A stretch of DNA of 64,000 bases, taken from the NCBI GenBank assembly GCA_963737655.1, contig CAVTTN010000002.1, forward strand, positions 640,001 through 704,000, in the 5' to 3' direction. Numbering within the stretch: position 1 is the stretch's first letter; each line of letters opens with the position of its first letter. Below, one piece after another: positions 8,950-20,501 of this stretch. This stretch comes from an uncultured Planctomycetota bacterium. Its GTDB lineage: Bacteria; Planctomycetota; Planctomycetia; Isosphaerales; Isosphaeraceae. The translations under genes were made by a program, and so were the position numbers. The notes beneath the pieces were generated by a model, which worked only from the letters and a program-made list of their open reading frames with translations, did no database searches and was not told the DNA's origin.

Positions 8950-11790
8950 TCACCAGAACGCCCCGATGAAGAAGGTGAAGACCTTCGTGTGGTCGTCCGG
9001 CCCCTTGGCCACGGGGAAGGCCAGGTCGAACGCGAGGGGCAGGGGGCCGAACATCTGCTGGGGCAGATAGATCCGCAGGCCCGTTCCCACCGCGGCGCGG
9101 AACGTGGTGAAGCTGTACCCGGGCTCGACCGTCCCGAAGTCGCAGAACACCACCTGCTGGAGCTTGTCGCTGGCGATCCAGGGGAACTGGTACTCGACCG
9201 AGCCGATCGCCGTCATCAGGCCGCCGACGTTCACCCCGAGCTCGTGGGGGCCGACGCCGCGATAGCTGAAACCTCGCATGCTGCGGAAATCGCCGGCATA
9301 GAACCGTTCATAGATCGGAGTGTCGCGGCCGGTGACGCCGTAGAAGCCTCGGAGGGTCACGAATCGCTTGCCCGATCCGTCCGGCCGGCTCCCCAACGTG
9401 ATGTATTGCCGGCCTTCCACCGTGATCTTCGGGAACGTGAAGTTCCCCCAGCCCTGCTCGAAGGCGAATTCCAGGTACTGGCCGGCCGTCGAGGCGAACG
9501 GGTCGTTCCGGTTGTCGAATCGCAGGGTCGGGCGGATCGTCGCCAGGGTCGTGTGGCCGTTGACCGCCAGCAAGTCGGCCGGCGCGGGGTAGTTGAAGCC
9601 GTGGACGTTCACGTCCTCGATCCGGAACGCCACGTCGGCATAGGTCCTCGTGCCGAACTGGCGGCCCAGCGAGAACCGGCCGCCGGCGCGATCCTCGGTC
9701 CAGTCGGTGTAGAACCGACGGAAGGTGTAGGCCGACATCCCCAGGCCGATCGGCAGGTTGAAGAGGTACGGGTTGCGGAAGGTGATCTGGGCCCGGTTGA
9801 TCTGGGTGCCGGGGGACAGCTCGATCCGCAAATCCTGCCCGGCCCCTCGGAAGGCGCCCCCGCTGAAGAGGTCGCGGAACGACTTGGGGACGGCCTTGTA
9901 GTCGAAATTCCCCTCGTGGAGGATGAAGTTCGCGAACAGGCCGCCGTAGCTGGACGCCCCCACGCCGAACATGAACTGGCCGGTGGCCGTCTCATCCACG
10001 CTGGTCACGATGTCGGCGAACGAGCGATTGGCGAATGGCTCCTGGCGATCGGGGCCGACGTCCGTGGCGTTCATCCCGGGGATGCTGGGGAACGTGCCCG
10101 GGGGCTCGCGATTGCCCAGGGGGGGCGTGCGGTCGGCCGGGGCATTCGGGTTGAAGGGGCCGACACCGGCCGGAGGCGCGGCGGGAGCGGCCCCCGGCGC
10201 GGCCCCGAGGGGAGGAGGGCCGGGGGCGTCGATCGCCGGGATCTGGAAGTCGGGCGGAGGCTCGGCGATCGGCGCGAGGCTCGCCGGGCCGTCTCCCAGG
10301 GCCGGGCCTTCGGGCGCCTGCCGGGCCACCCTCGCCGCCGGCCTGTCGTCGCCGGAGGGGTTCTGGAGCCGCGTCCTCAAGACGTCGTTGTCGGCGAACT
10401 GCGCCTGGACCCCGCCTCCATACGGCTCGGCCCCGGACCTCTGGTTGATGATGTCGATCGTCAGGGGCTTGCCCATCTGGGGGTCCATCGCGAAGTAGCG
10501 GAGGTTCCCCAGCCTCTTCTTGAAGATGTCGATCCGGTTCGAGTCCAGGGGCTGGCCCGGGATCAGGCCGGCCATGACCGCCTCTCGGCGGATCACCCGG
10601 TCCTGGGTCCGGCCGTTCCCCTTGATGATGATCCGGCCGAGGGTATACGGAGCCCCTTCCTCGATCGTGTAGACCAGATCGATCTTGCCCGGGAACTCGG
10701 TTTGGTCGAGGTACTCGTGCTGGACTACCACGTTCGCCGCGATGCAACCGATGGCGCCGTACTTCGACTTGACGAGCTTCTCGTCCACCTCGCGGAGGCT
10801 CTCGCTGAACGGGGCGTCCTTCTGGAGCTTCATGCCCTCCATCAGCTTCTCGGTCTTGAGCTGCTCGTTCCCGGAGAAGCGGATCGAGCGCACCTTGTAC
10901 TGCACGCCTTCCCAGATCACGAAGGTGACGGTCCGGGAGCCGACGTCGGCCCCGGGACGGACGACCGGCGTGACCTTGGCCTCCAGGAAGCCCTGGCCCT
11001 CGTAGTACTCCAGCAACTTCTTGCGGTCGTCGGCCAGCTCCTCGGGGCTGAACTTCTTGGGGACGAGGCCCATCAACCTCGGGCCGCTCTGGACCTTGGT
11101 CTCCAGGACGCCGTCGGAGATGAAGTCGTTGCCCTCGAAGGTCACGGCCGTGACCCGGCACTTCGGGCCTTCGAAGATCTCGTAGATCGCCTTGCGGCTG
11201 TTCGGCTTGCTGCCTTCGATCAGGCGGACCTGGGCCAGGTCGTAGCCCTTCTCCTCGTACATCCTCTGGATCGACTGGGCGGCCAGGAGCGACTTGACGT
11301 GGTCGGCCCGGGCGCCCTTCTTGATCCCGGTGTTCTGCTCGACGTCCTTGACCTTGAGCTTGGTCATCCCGCGGAACTCGACCTCGCGGAGGATCGGGGC
11401 CTCCTGGACGGTGAAGATCAGCTTCACGCCCGAGTGGTCGGGATCGGGCTTGGTGAACGGGCGGATGTCGCTGAACCAGCCCTTCTTGGTCAGGGCCTGG
11501 AGGTCGTCCTCGACGACCAGGGGGTCGAAGTCGCGCCCGACCTTGGACTTCAAGAGGGCGAGGACCGCCTCCTCCTTGACCGTCTCCAGGCCCTCGAACG
11601 TAATCTGAGTGATCGGCCCGGTGGGCGGACCTTTGGGCCGGAGCGGGGCCTGGGCGCGGACGGCCTGGATCGGCGAGCCGACGGCCACCACCAGCGCGAG
11701 GGCCGCGATCGCGGCGATCGGCCGGGCGAGCCATCGTCCCGCCGGGGCCATCCTGGCCGCCGTCGGCATGTCCAGTCCTGATCGTGCCAT
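8950..11790 (-). CDS. bamA: BamA/Omp85 outer membrane assembly factor
   Basis: POTRA repeats (ITFEG, VTFEGN, IRFSGN, IIKGNGRT..VIRRE); ERFYAGDFRSMRGF; C-terminal FFIGAFW; start may be 11769. Confidence 0.9.
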   Translation of the reverse strand: MARSGLDMPTAARMAPAGRWLARPIAAIAALALVVAVGSPIQAVRAQAPLRPKGPPTGPITQITFEGLETVKEEAVLALLKSKVGRDFDPLVVEDDLQALTKKGWFSDIRPFTKPDPDHSGVKLIFTVQEAPILREVEFRGMTKLKVKDVEQNTGIKKGARADHVKSLLAAQSIQRMYEEKGYDLAQVRLIEGSKPNSRKAIYEIFEGPKCRVTAVTFEGNDFISDGVLETKVQSGPRLMGLVPKKFSPEELADDRKKLLEYYEGQGFLEAKVTPVVRPGADVGSRTVTFVIWEGVQYKVRSIRFSGNEQLKTEKLMEGMKLQKDAPFSESLREVDEKLVKSKYGAIGCIAANVVVQHEYLDQTEFPGKIDLVYTIEEGAPYTLGRIIIKGNGRTQDRVIRREAVMAGLIPGQPLDSNRIDIFKKRLGNLRYFAMDPQMGKPLTIDIINQRSGAEPYGGGVQAQFADNDVLRTRLQNPSGDDRPAARVARQAPEGPALGDGPASLAPIAEPPPDFQIPAIDAPGPPPLGAAPGAAPAAPPAGVGPFNPNAPADRTPPLGNREPPGTFPSIPGMNATDVGPDRQEPFANRSFADIVTSVDETATGQFMFGVGASSYGGLFANFILHEGNFDYKAVPKSFRDLFSGGAFRGAGQDLRIELSPGTQINRAQITFRNPYLFNLPIGLGMSAYTFRRFYTDWTEDRAGGRFSLGRQFGTRTYADVAFRIEDVNVHGFNYPAPADLLAVNGHTTLATIRPTLRFDNRNDPFASTAGQYLEFAFEQGWGNFTFPKITVEGRQYITLGSRPDGSGKRFVTLRGFYGVTGRDTPIYERFYAGDFRSMRGFSYRGVGPHELGVNVGGLMTAIGSVEYQFPWIASDKLQQVVFCDFGTVEPGYSFTTFRAAVGTGLRIYLPQQMFGPLPLAFDLAFPVAKGPDDHTKVFTFFIGAFW

Positions 11791-12088
11791 GGGGGGTCCG
11801 TCCCGAACGAAGGGGCCCCGCGCGAGCGGCGGCCTCGACCGCTCGCCCCGAAGGGCGAACAAGGGCGGGGGCCTCGCCGAGGGCGGGCGCGGGGCAACGT
11901 CTCCGATCGACGAAACCCCCGTCCCTGGGGGAGTCGCCGCGAGGCCCACGTGATAGGTGCGGGCCTTGTACCGGAGATAAAGGGACCGTGCAAGTCCGGA
12001 TGTTCCCGACTCCGGACCCGCAACGTCACTTCCCGCGCGCGCTCGGCCGCCGAGCCAACGCTAGGGCTCCGGTTCCCGGACGCGGCGG

Positions 12089-13102
12089 TCAGCGAGGCAC
12101 GGTCGCTACCCCGACGTTCTGCGGGGGGCGAGCCGGCTCGGCCCGGTCCGCGGCCTGGTGGCCCCGGGCGATCCCCACGGCGATCCGCCGGACCGCCTCG
12201 CGAAGAGTCGCCGGGCCGAGGACCTCCGCCTCCCCCGCCAGGGCCAGGACCCGGCCGATCATCGCGCGTTCGTCGGTGAGCGGGACCGTCAGGAGGTAGG
12301 CCGAATCCCCGGAATCCTCCAGGCGCTGCAAGGGATGCCACGGGGCATCGCGGAGGTCCTGCGCGACCCGGGCGGAGACCCGCAACCGGGCCTCGCCCAG
12401 AGGCCGGGACCGGACCGAGGCCGGACCCGTCGCCGGGGCGGCCGGCTCCTCCAGGATCGACGCGCGGAGGATCGTCGCGATCCGGAACGAGGCGGTCCGG
12501 CGATGGTGGCTCGAACGGCCGACGAGGACCGGGCCGGCCCCGTCGAGTTTCAGGGCCGTCGGGCTGACCTTGGTGACCCGGCACTCCGGGTCGTCCGGGT
12601 CATCGACCTCCAGACGGACCTGAACCTGTCGAGCCACGGCCTGGACCACGGCCGCGAAGACGGCCGATCGCCCCGAATCCGAACCGCCCCGGGCCGGCCC
12701 CTCCACCTTCTGGGCCAGGGCCAGGGCCTTGCGGCGAAGCTCCTCGGGCAGGCCGAGGCAGACCTTCTCCACGGCCCCCCGGGCCCGGTCCGCCCAGGCC
12801 GCTTCGGGGCCTCTCCACGACCGGGACGAGGCCAGGACCAGCGCCAGGGCCTCGTCTTCTTCAAGCCGGGGAGGGTCGAGGAAGAACCCCGGCCCGAGCT
12901 CGTACCCCTGGCGGTCGGCGCGGAACTCGACCGGAACCCCCGCCATCGCCAGGGCGCCCAGGTCTCGATAGATCGTCCGGCGGCTGACCTCACACCCCCG
13001 GGCCAGCTCCCCGGCGTCGGGAAATCGGCCGGATCGGAGTCGCACGATGATCTGAATCAGCCGGGCCAGCTGCGACCGGCACGACGGAGCCTGTCCCTTC
13101 AC
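12089..13102 (-). CDS. HTH-WYL-WCX transcriptional regulator (YafY/PafB/DriD-like)
   Basis: ELARGCEVSRRTIYRDL HTH; FRIATI; WHPLQ; EVLGPATLREAV; start approximate. Confidence 0.82.
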   Translation of the reverse strand: MKGQAPSCRSQLARLIQIIVRLRSGRFPDAGELARGCEVSRRTIYRDLGALAMAGVPVEFRADRQGYELGPGFFLDPPRLEEDEALALVLASSRSWRGPEAAWADRARGAVEKVCLGLPEELRRKALALAQKVEGPARGGSDSGRSAVFAAVVQAVARQVQVRLEVDDPDDPECRVTKVSPTALKLDGAGPVLVGRSSHHRRTASFRIATILRASILEEPAAPATGPASVRSRPLGEARLRVSARVAQDLRDAPWHPLQRLEDSGDSAYLLTVPLTDERAMIGRVLALAGEAEVLGPATLREAVRRIAVGIARGHQAADRAEPARPPQNVGVATVPR

Positions 13103-13258
13103 GACGAACCTCCCGCGGTCCCGACACCCCGATCCCAACCTAAGGCGCCGGAGACGATCCGCGAACGACTCATCGCCCCGCCCGTTCGATTTTCGCGGCG
13201 ACGGCCACCGTAAGGCCGATCCCCCGACCGACTTCCCCCGTTTTCGGGGACCGATGGG

Positions 13259-13287
13259 TTGACAATCGGGGGCCTGTCCGCTATCCT
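13259..13287 (+). promoter_or_regulatory. Sigma70-type promoter of tRNA-Phe
   Basis: TTGACA-17 bp-TATCCT ending 17 bp before the tRNA. Confidence 0.75.
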
Positions 13288-13304
13288 CACATTCGTTCAT
13301 GCGA

Positions 13305-13377
<73 letters not shown>

Positions 13378-13392
13378 TTGCCCGTCTCGCGC

Positions 13393-14991
13393 TCATTTCT
13401 TCGCGTCGTCCGCATCCTCGTCCATCGACCCGGGCAAGACGCGGTCTCTCGCCTTGTAGAGCGGGAGGTAGCGGTAGTAGACCTCCAGCGTGAGCAGGGA
13501 CATGGCCGTGGTGTAGTGCCGACCGGCCTCGCCCCCCCAGCGATCGGTCTTCGGCTTGTTCGGGTCCCAACTGCCCCGGTCGCAGCCCCGTCCGCCGACC
13601 TGGATGCTGATCAATCCGTTGCGAATCCTCGGGTTCCACTCCTTCCACGCGAGGTTCTGCATGTTGTGGAGGAGCTGGGTGGCGTAGTACCAGTAATAGA
13701 TGTTCCGCTCCTCGTCCTTGAGGAGGTGGTTCGAGACCGCCTTCACGCCGGCCGAGAGCTCGGGCATCTCGCGGGGCCAGCCGAGGTACTGCCGAACCAA
13801 AAGGGCCTCGGCGCTCATCACCGGGGACTTGGCCCCGCCGGGCTGATAGCCATACGACCCCTTCTTCGTGTCGGTGGCGGCCTTGTCCAGGTAGGTTGAC
13901 GCCTTCTTGAAGACCTCCCCGGGCACCTTCAGGCCCGAGAGCTGCGCGCTTCGCAGCGCGAGCATGGCCCAGCCGAAGACGCTGGTGTCTCCCTGCTCCA
14001 TGGGGTTGTAGCGCCAGCCTCCGTCGTCGGGGCTCTGGCAGCGGACGAGGAAGTTCACGGCCTTCTGCGCCGGATCGTGGAGCCGGTCCTCGTGGGTCAG
14101 GCCGTAGGCTTCGCAGAGCGTCATCGTCCCGATGGCGTGGGAATAGATCCGGGTGTTCGAGCCGCCTCCGGTGAAGAGTTCGCCGTCCTCTTTCTGGACG
14201 TTCAGGAGCCAGTCGAGGCCGCGCTTGACCGTCGCCTGGTATCGGCCCGGAGTGATGTGGTTCTGCCCGGCGCCGAGCATGGGGAGCAGGGCCAACCCGG
14301 TGGCGGCGACGTCGGATTCGGCGTGGCCGCTCTGAGGGCATCCCGAGCCCTTGCACTGCGGGTGATGGTCCAGGCTCCAACTGCCGTCCTTTCGCTGATG
14401 GCGGGCGAGCCAGTCCAGCCCGAGCTCCACGGCCTTCTCGGATTCGACCGTCCCGCCCTCGCGGCGGACGAGCTTCGCCCTCTCGGCGCTCGAACGGCCC
14501 GAGAACGGGACGGCCGGCTCGGCGATCTTGAGGTTCCCCGGCCCGAGGGACTTCTTGAGCGACGCTTCGGCCGAGGCGATCGGGGGAGGGGCGAGGATTC
14601 CGCTCCCGTCACCGATCGGCAGGAACGACTCGGGGACGGCGAAGATTTCGGACTTCTCGTCCGGATGGGCCGAGAACGAAGGCGGCTCGGGCGTCTGGGC
14701 CGTGGTGAACGTGTCGCCGGCCTTCTCGGCGGGCGCGGCGGCGATCACGTCCTCGACGAGCTGGTTCGCGGGCAGCGAGGTATCGAACTTCGGCCCCTGC
14801 AAGCGGCCGTCGTCGGTGGCCACATACACGAACACCCCGAGAACGACGAGCAGGGCCGAATGGAATACCAGGCTCACGCCCCACGGAGTCAGCCACCGCA
14901 GCCACTCGGGCGTGTCCCGATCGAGCCGGCGGAGGAACCGGCGGACCCGATATCGGACGACCCGGAGCGCTCGCGGACCTCGGCGTCTCAT
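13393..14991 (-). CDS. Membrane-anchored prenyltransferase/squalene oxidase repeat protein
   Basis: N-terminal TM helix; QW-like repeats (LARHQRKDGSW, LLNVQKEDG, CQSPDDGGWRY); C-terminal LEVYYRYLP. Confidence 0.85.
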   Translation of the reverse strand: MRRRGPRALRVVRYRVRRFLRRLDRDTPEWLRWLTPWGVSLVFHSALLVVLGVFVYVATDDGRLQGPKFDTSLPANQLVEDVIAAAPAEKAGDTFTTAQTPEPPSFSAHPDEKSEIFAVPESFLPIGDGSGILAPPPIASAEASLKKSLGPGNLKIAEPAVPFSGRSSAERAKLVRREGGTVESEKAVELGLDWLARHQRKDGSWSLDHHPQCKGSGCPQSGHAESDVAATGLALLPMLGAGQNHITPGRYQATVKRGLDWLLNVQKEDGELFTGGGSNTRIYSHAIGTMTLCEAYGLTHEDRLHDPAQKAVNFLVRCQSPDDGGWRYNPMEQGDTSVFGWAMLALRSAQLSGLKVPGEVFKKASTYLDKAATDTKKGSYGYQPGGAKSPVMSAEALLVRQYLGWPREMPELSAGVKAVSNHLLKDEERNIYYWYYATQLLHNMQNLAWKEWNPRIRNGLISIQVGGRGCDRGSWDPNKPKTDRWGGEAGRHYTTAMSLLTLEVYYRYLPLYKARDRVLPGSMDEDADDAKK

Positions 14992-15098
14992 GAGGCAAAC
15001 CCCGTCGGAAAGGGACGTGGACGGGTGGAACCTGCATCCATCATACGAGATCGGCGCCGGGAATCCACCGGGGAACGGCGAGTCTCCGTCGATCGCAC

Positions 15099-17787
15099 TC
15101 AGGCATTCGGGTCGATCCGCTCGACCTCCGCGAAACCCAGCCGTTCCAGGGGCCCGGCCACCGTCTCGGCGTCGGCGACGACGACCGCGAGGAACGATTC
15201 GGGCCGGATGTGCCGGCTCGCGGCCTCGACCATGGAAGAAATGGTCACGGCCGAGAGCCTCTCGGCCAGGTGGGCGTGATCGTCGGGCGGGAGGTCGTGG
15301 AGGAAGAGGCCGGCGTATCGCGAGACCAAAGCGCCGGGGGTCTCGAAGTGGCGGGCCTGGCCTTCGATCAGGGCCCTTCGGGCGTCGTCGAGCCTCGGTG
15401 GGGGTCGGGGGCCGGTCGTTCAGCAGGGCCTCGGCCTCGGCGACGAGGTCCGCGATCGCCTCGGCCAGCCGGTCGGCCTGCAAGGAGGCCGCGATCGAGA
15501 ACGGCCCGGGGCCTCTCCGGGAGTCGAAGCTGGAGCGGATCCCGTAGGTGAAGCCCTTTTCCTCGCGGAGCTTGGCGTTCAACCGCGACGTGAACATGCC
15601 GCCGAGGATCTGATTGAACAGCATCAGGGCGTCGTGGTCCTCGTGACGCCGAGGAGGGCCGGCGTGCCCCACGCGGACGACCGCCTGAGGGGCCCCGGGC
15701 CGGTCGATCAGGAGGAGCCTCCGGCCGTCGCGGCGAGGCGCCTCGGGGACGGCCGGAGGCGGTCCTCCCGCCTCGGACCAGCCGGAGAGCCGGGCTTCGA
15801 GCGAGTCGGCCAGGCGATCGGGATCGACGTCGCCGGCCACGACGAACGCGGCGCGGTCGGGCCGGTACTGGCTCCGGTGGAACCGCTTGAGGTCGTCTCG
15901 CGAGAGCTTCGCGACCGTCGATTCGTCGCCATCGACGGGCGTTCGATAGGGGTGATCGGCGCCGTAGACGGCCCGGATCAACCCCCGATACGCCAGGGAG
16001 TCGGCGCTGTCGCGCTCGGCCTTCAAGGAGGCGAGCGTCTGGCCCATAATCCGGGCGAACTCGGGCTCCGGGAACGTGGGTCGCAAGAGGATTTCGACGG
16101 CGAGTTCGAGGGAGCGGTCGAGGTGGGGCGACAGGCACTGGAGGGTCACGTACGAGCCGTCCCAGCCGCAGTTGGTCGAGAGGTTCGTGCCCATGTTCTC
16201 GGCGGCGAGGGCGAGGTCGGCGGCGGAGAAGTGTTCGGTGCCCTCGTCCATCATGTTGGCGGTCAGGCTGGCGAGCCCGGCCGAATCCGGGCCGTGGGCC
16301 GAGGCGCCGGCGGTCACCACGGCCGAGGCCGCGACGATCGGCAGGTCTCGGCGGGGGATGATCCACAGCGAGGCCCCGTTCTTCAGCGTCCGGATCTCGG
16401 GCCTCGGCGCGAGGAAGGCCGAGGCGGGCGCCGGCCCGGGGCGGATCGAGCGATCCACGGGCGGGGCCGTCGATCTCGCCTTCCGGCCGAGGACCGAGAC
16501 CTCGACCCGGGGCTTCCGCCCGGTGTCCGAAGGCCCGGCGTGGATCTGCCGGGCGGCCGTGAGGACGTCGGCGGCGGAGACGTCCTGGAAGCGGAGGAAG
16601 TCCGTCGTGATCCGCCCCGGATCGCCGAGGAACGTGTTGTAGGCGTTCAGCCGATCGGCCACCCCGCCGAACCCGCCGACGTTGTCCAGGGCATACACGA
16701 ACCCGGCGAGCCGGCCATTGCGGACGCGCTCCAGCTCGTCCTCGGTCACCCCTCGTTCGGAGATGTCGGCGAGCTCGGCGTCGAGGAGGTCGCGGGCCTC
16801 GTCGATCGATCGGCCGGGCCGGAGGGTCGCGACGAGTCCGAACGTCCCGGCGAGCTCTCGGGAGGCGTGATAGGCCGTCACGTCCTGGGCGATCTGGCGA
16901 TCCATCACCAGGGACCGGAACAGGCGGCTCGAACGCCCCCGGGCCAGGACGTCGGCCAGGAGGGCCAGGGGGGCGTCCATCGGGTCGAACTGGGGGACCG
17001 TCGGCCAGCAGAGGTAGAGCCGATCGAGCTCGACGCGGTCGCGGATCGTCAGCACGCGATCGGCGGTCAACAGGGGCTCGCCGGGCTGGGACCAGGCGAC
17101 GGGCAGGGCCTTCGTCCCGCCGGGGATCGGGCCGAAGTACTTCTCCGCCAGGGAGAAGGCGTGGTCCTCGTCGATGTCGCCGACGAGGGCGAGGCTGGCG
17201 TTGCCCGGGACGTAATATCGGCCGAAGAACGCCTCGATGTCGTCGCGAGAGGCCCGCTCGACGTCTTCCATCGCGCCGATGGTCAGCCAGCTATAGGGAT
17301 GGTCGGGAGGATAGAGCGCCTCGGCCAGGATTTTCCAGACCTGTCCATAGGGCCGATTGGCGTAATTCTGGCGATATTCGTTCTTGACCACGTCCTTCTG
17401 GACGCGGATCTTCTCGTCGGAAAGGGCCGGGATCAGGTGGCCCATCCGGTCGCTCTCCATCGCCACGGCGAGCTCGACGTGGGCGGAGGGGAGATCGACG
17501 AAATAATTCGTGCGATCGGTGGAGGTCGAGCCGTTCACGCTCGCCCCGAGCCTCTGGAGGGGCTTGAAGAAGTCGCCCGGGTAGTGCTCGGAGCCCTCGA
17601 ACATGAGGTGCTCGAAGAGGTGGGCGAAACCTCTCTGGGTCCGTTCCTCGTTCTTGGAGCCGACGTGATACCAGAGGTTCACGGCGACGATCGGGAGCCT
17701 CCCGGAGCGGAGGGCCAGGACGTCGAGTCCGTTGCTCAGGGTGGTCTTGCGATACGGGAGGTCGGGCAGGCGAATGGAGGGGTTCAT
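15099..17787 (-). CDS. M16 family zinc protease (pitrilysin/PqqL-like; frameshift near 15393)
   Basis: HLFEH zinc motif, NGST, KNE; SRLNAKLREEKGFTY; C-terminus in a second frame ending at 15099. Confidence 0.9.
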
Positions 17788-17930
17788 CCGGGTCTTCGGC
17801 GGGGCGAGGAGAGGAGGGGGACGGGACGATCGTCCCACCTTAACCGAACCCGGGGCCGGTTCGCCACGGAGGCGCGGACGGGTGCATCTCGTCCCCCGTC
17901 CACGCCTCCAACGAGTCATGAAGGACCCCT

Positions 17931-17960
17931 TTGACATCGGGGCCCCGGCGACGGGATAAT
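17931..17960 (+). promoter_or_regulatory. Sigma70-type promoter upstream of PP2C gene
   Basis: TTGACA-18 bp-GATAAT. Confidence 0.55.
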
Positions 17961-18097
17961 GAGACGCTTCGATCGGACGAGTCTTCGGTCGTGCCCGTCG
18001 GTTCGTGGGGCCCTCGGCCCCGATCCCCCCAGCGTTCGGGCCGCGGCCGGGCCGGCAGGACGGTCGGCTCGGCGGCCATCGACATAAAGGCCGGCTC

Positions 18098-19249
18098 GTG
18101 AACTGGGAAGACGTGATCGTCGACGCCTCGGCCTCGGATACCGGGATGCGTCGGGCCAATAATCAGGACAGTTTCGCCGTGGTCCGGGCTTCCACCAAGG
18201 AGACCTGGGCCTCCCGGGGCCACCTCTTCATGGTCGCCGACGGCATGGGCGCGCACGCCGCCGGGGAGCTGGCCAGCAAGATGGCCTGCGACAATATCCC
18301 CCACAATTATCGCAAATCCAAGACCGGGACGCCGACCGAGAGCCTGATCAAGGCGTATCGCGAGGTCGGCGCCCAGATCCACGCCAAGGCCACGGCCAAT
18401 AAAGACTTCCACGGGATGGGGACGACCTGCTCGACGCTCGTCTTCCTGCCCGAAGGCGCCCTGATCGCCCACGTGGGGGACTCGCGGGTCTATCGGATCC
18501 GGGATGGCCGGATCGATCAGCTCTCGTTCGACCACAGCCTGGTCTGGGAGCTCGTCCGCCAGAGGCATCTGACGCTCGAACAGGCCGGCAAGAACGTGCC
18601 GAGGAACGTGATCACCCGGAGCCTCGGCCCCGACCCGACCGTCGAGGTGGACATCGAGGGGCCGTTGCCCCTGGTGCCGGGAGACGTCTTCCTGCTCTGT
18701 TCCGACGGCCTTTCGGGCCCGGTGACCGACCCCGAGATCGGCGCCCTGGCCGGGAACTTCCACCCCGAGGCCGCCGCCCGCTACCTGATCGGCCTGGCGA
18801 ACCTCCGGGGAGGGCAGGACAATATCACCTGCCTGATCTGCCGGATCGGCGAATGGGTCGAGCCCGGCTCCGCCCCGGCCGACGGCCCGGCCGACCCGAA
18901 GAAGGGCAAGCCCAAGGGCTCGCTCTTCTCCAGCCTCTTCGGGTCGATCAAGGGCCGATCGGCGCCCCCTCCGGTGGAAGAGCGCGTTTATCAGACCTTC
19001 CCCTGCCCGCTGGACGTCCCCCTCCTGGCGAAGATGGCCGACATCGTCCGCAACGCCCAGGCCAACGGCGTCGATCAGGCGTGGAAGGCGGACTGGGCCG
19101 AGCTCGCCGCCATCCGCAAGAAGGCCGAGGAATGCCGCCAGAGCGGGAACCTCCGAGGCGCCATCGGCCAGCTCGCCGAGGCCATCGACCTCCTCGGCCT
19201 GGCCGCCCGCAACCACAAGAAGGAGCACGGGCCGATCGGGGCGTCATAG
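18098..19249 (+). CDS. PP2C/PPM-family Ser/Thr protein phosphatase with C-terminal helical extension
   Basis: RANNQD, VADGMGAH, HVGDSRVY, CSDGL, GGQDNIT; GTG start. Confidence 0.92.
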   Translation: MNWEDVIVDASASDTGMRRANNQDSFAVVRASTKETWASRGHLFMVADGMGAHAAGELASKMACDNIPHNYRKSKTGTPTESLIKAYREVGAQIHAKATANKDFHGMGTTCSTLVFLPEGALIAHVGDSRVYRIRDGRIDQLSFDHSLVWELVRQRHLTLEQAGKNVPRNVITRSLGPDPTVEVDIEGPLPLVPGDVFLLCSDGLSGPVTDPEIGALAGNFHPEAAARYLIGLANLRGGQDNITCLICRIGEWVEPGSAPADGPADPKKGKPKGSLFSSLFGSIKGRSAPPPVEERVYQTFPCPLDVPLLAKMADIVRNAQANGVDQAWKADWAELAAIRKKAEECRQSGNLRGAIGQLAEAIDLLGLAARNHKKEHGPIGAS

Positions 19250-19310
19250 AGTCCGATACCGGTCCGTTCCACCGAGTGCGCCCCTGCCGGCCGATCCTGC
19301 GGAACCTCCC

Positions 19311-20501
19311 ATGCCCGACTCGCCCCGACCTTCGGACGACACCCTCTGCGCCCGGCCGCCCGAACCCTCGGAATCGGCGTCGGTTCCGCTGTCGCCGCCG
19401 ATCCACCTGAGCGCCGTCTACCGGATCCGCGGGCTGGACCAGATCGACGCGCTTTACGAAGGGCGGGAGCCGGGCTTCACCTATCGGAGGGACGGCGACG
19501 TCAACTCCGACCTCCTCGCGCAAAAGCTCGCCGAGCTGGAGAGGGCCGAGGCCGCCCTCGTGTGCGCCTCGGGGATGGGGGCCGAGGCCGCGCTGTTCCT
19601 CGCCGGGCTGGACGGCGGCGATGAGATATTGCTCTCCCACGAACTTTACGGCAAGACGGGCGTCCTGGTCGCCCGCGAACTGTCCCGGTTCGGCGTGACC
19701 CATCGGTCCTTCGACGCCACCCGGCCCGAGACGCTCCGCGAGGTCCTCTCGCCGAAGACGCGGATGGTGTTCGTCGAGACGATCTCGAACCCTCTGGTGA
19801 GGGTGGCCGACCTGCCCGGCCTGGCCGAGGTCGCGGGATCGGCCGGGGTGCCTCTGGCCGTCGATAACACCTTCTCTCCCCTGATCTGCCGGCCGATCGA
19901 GCTCGGGGCCTCGGCCGTGACGCACTCCTTGACGAAGCTGATCGGCGGCCACAGCGATCTGATCCTCGGCCTGCTCGCCGGATCAAGAGCCCTGATCGAC
20001 CGGGCCCGGGCGGTCTCCTCGGCGTTCGGGCTGATGGGCAACCCGTTTGAAAGCTGGCTGGCGATGCGAGGGGTGGCGAGCCTCGGATTGAGGTCCGCGA
20101 GGGCCTGCGCCTCGGCCCTGAGCGTCTCCGAGAGGCTGGCGGGCCATCCGGCCGTGACGACGGTCCACTATCCCGGTCTGGCGACCCATCTCGACCACGA
20201 CCGCGCGAAACGGCTCCTCCGAGGCGGATTCGGCACGATCGCGACGATCGACCTGGGCACCCGCGCGAGGGCCGACGCCTTCATCCGAGGGCTGACGCAC
20301 ATCCCCTTCGCCCCGAGCCTGGGGGACGCCACCACCACCCTGAGCCACCCGGCCACGACCAGCCACCGCAACCAATCGGCCGAGCAATGGGCCCGCCAGG
20401 GGATCACCCCCGGCCTCGTCCGCCTCTCCTTCGGCCTGGAGGACCCGGACGACCTCTACCGAGAGATGGCCGAGGCGCTCGGGCCTCTCGGCTCGAACTG
20501 A
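19311..20501 (+). CDS. Trans-sulfuration PLP enzyme (cystathionine gamma-synthase/lyase family)
   Basis: ASGM, ETISNP, VDNTF, HSLTKLIGGHSD, SLG..T, RLSFGLE. Confidence 0.88.
   Translation: MPDSPRPSDDTLCARPPEPSESASVPLSPPIHLSAVYRIRGLDQIDALYEGREPGFTYRRDGDVNSDLLAQKLAELERAEAALVCASGMGAEAALFLAGLDGGDEILLSHELYGKTGVLVARELSRFGVTHRSFDATRPETLREVLSPKTRMVFVETISNPLVRVADLPGLAEVAGSAGVPLAVDNTFSPLICRPIELGASAVTHSLTKLIGGHSDLILGLLAGSRALIDRARAVSSAFGLMGNPFESWLAMRGVASLGLRSARACASALSVSERLAGHPAVTTVHYPGLATHLDHDRAKRLLRGGFGTIATIDLGTRARADAFIRGLTHIPFAPSLGDATTTLSHPATTSHRNQSAEQWARQGITPGLVRLSFGLEDPDDLYREMAEALGPLGSN

Noticed and set aside
13393..18159. 1588-aa apparent M16 protease-prenyltransferase fusion ORF
   Set aside because: Created by a frameshift near 15393; the true protease C-terminus ends at 15099 in another frame and the second gene starts at 14991
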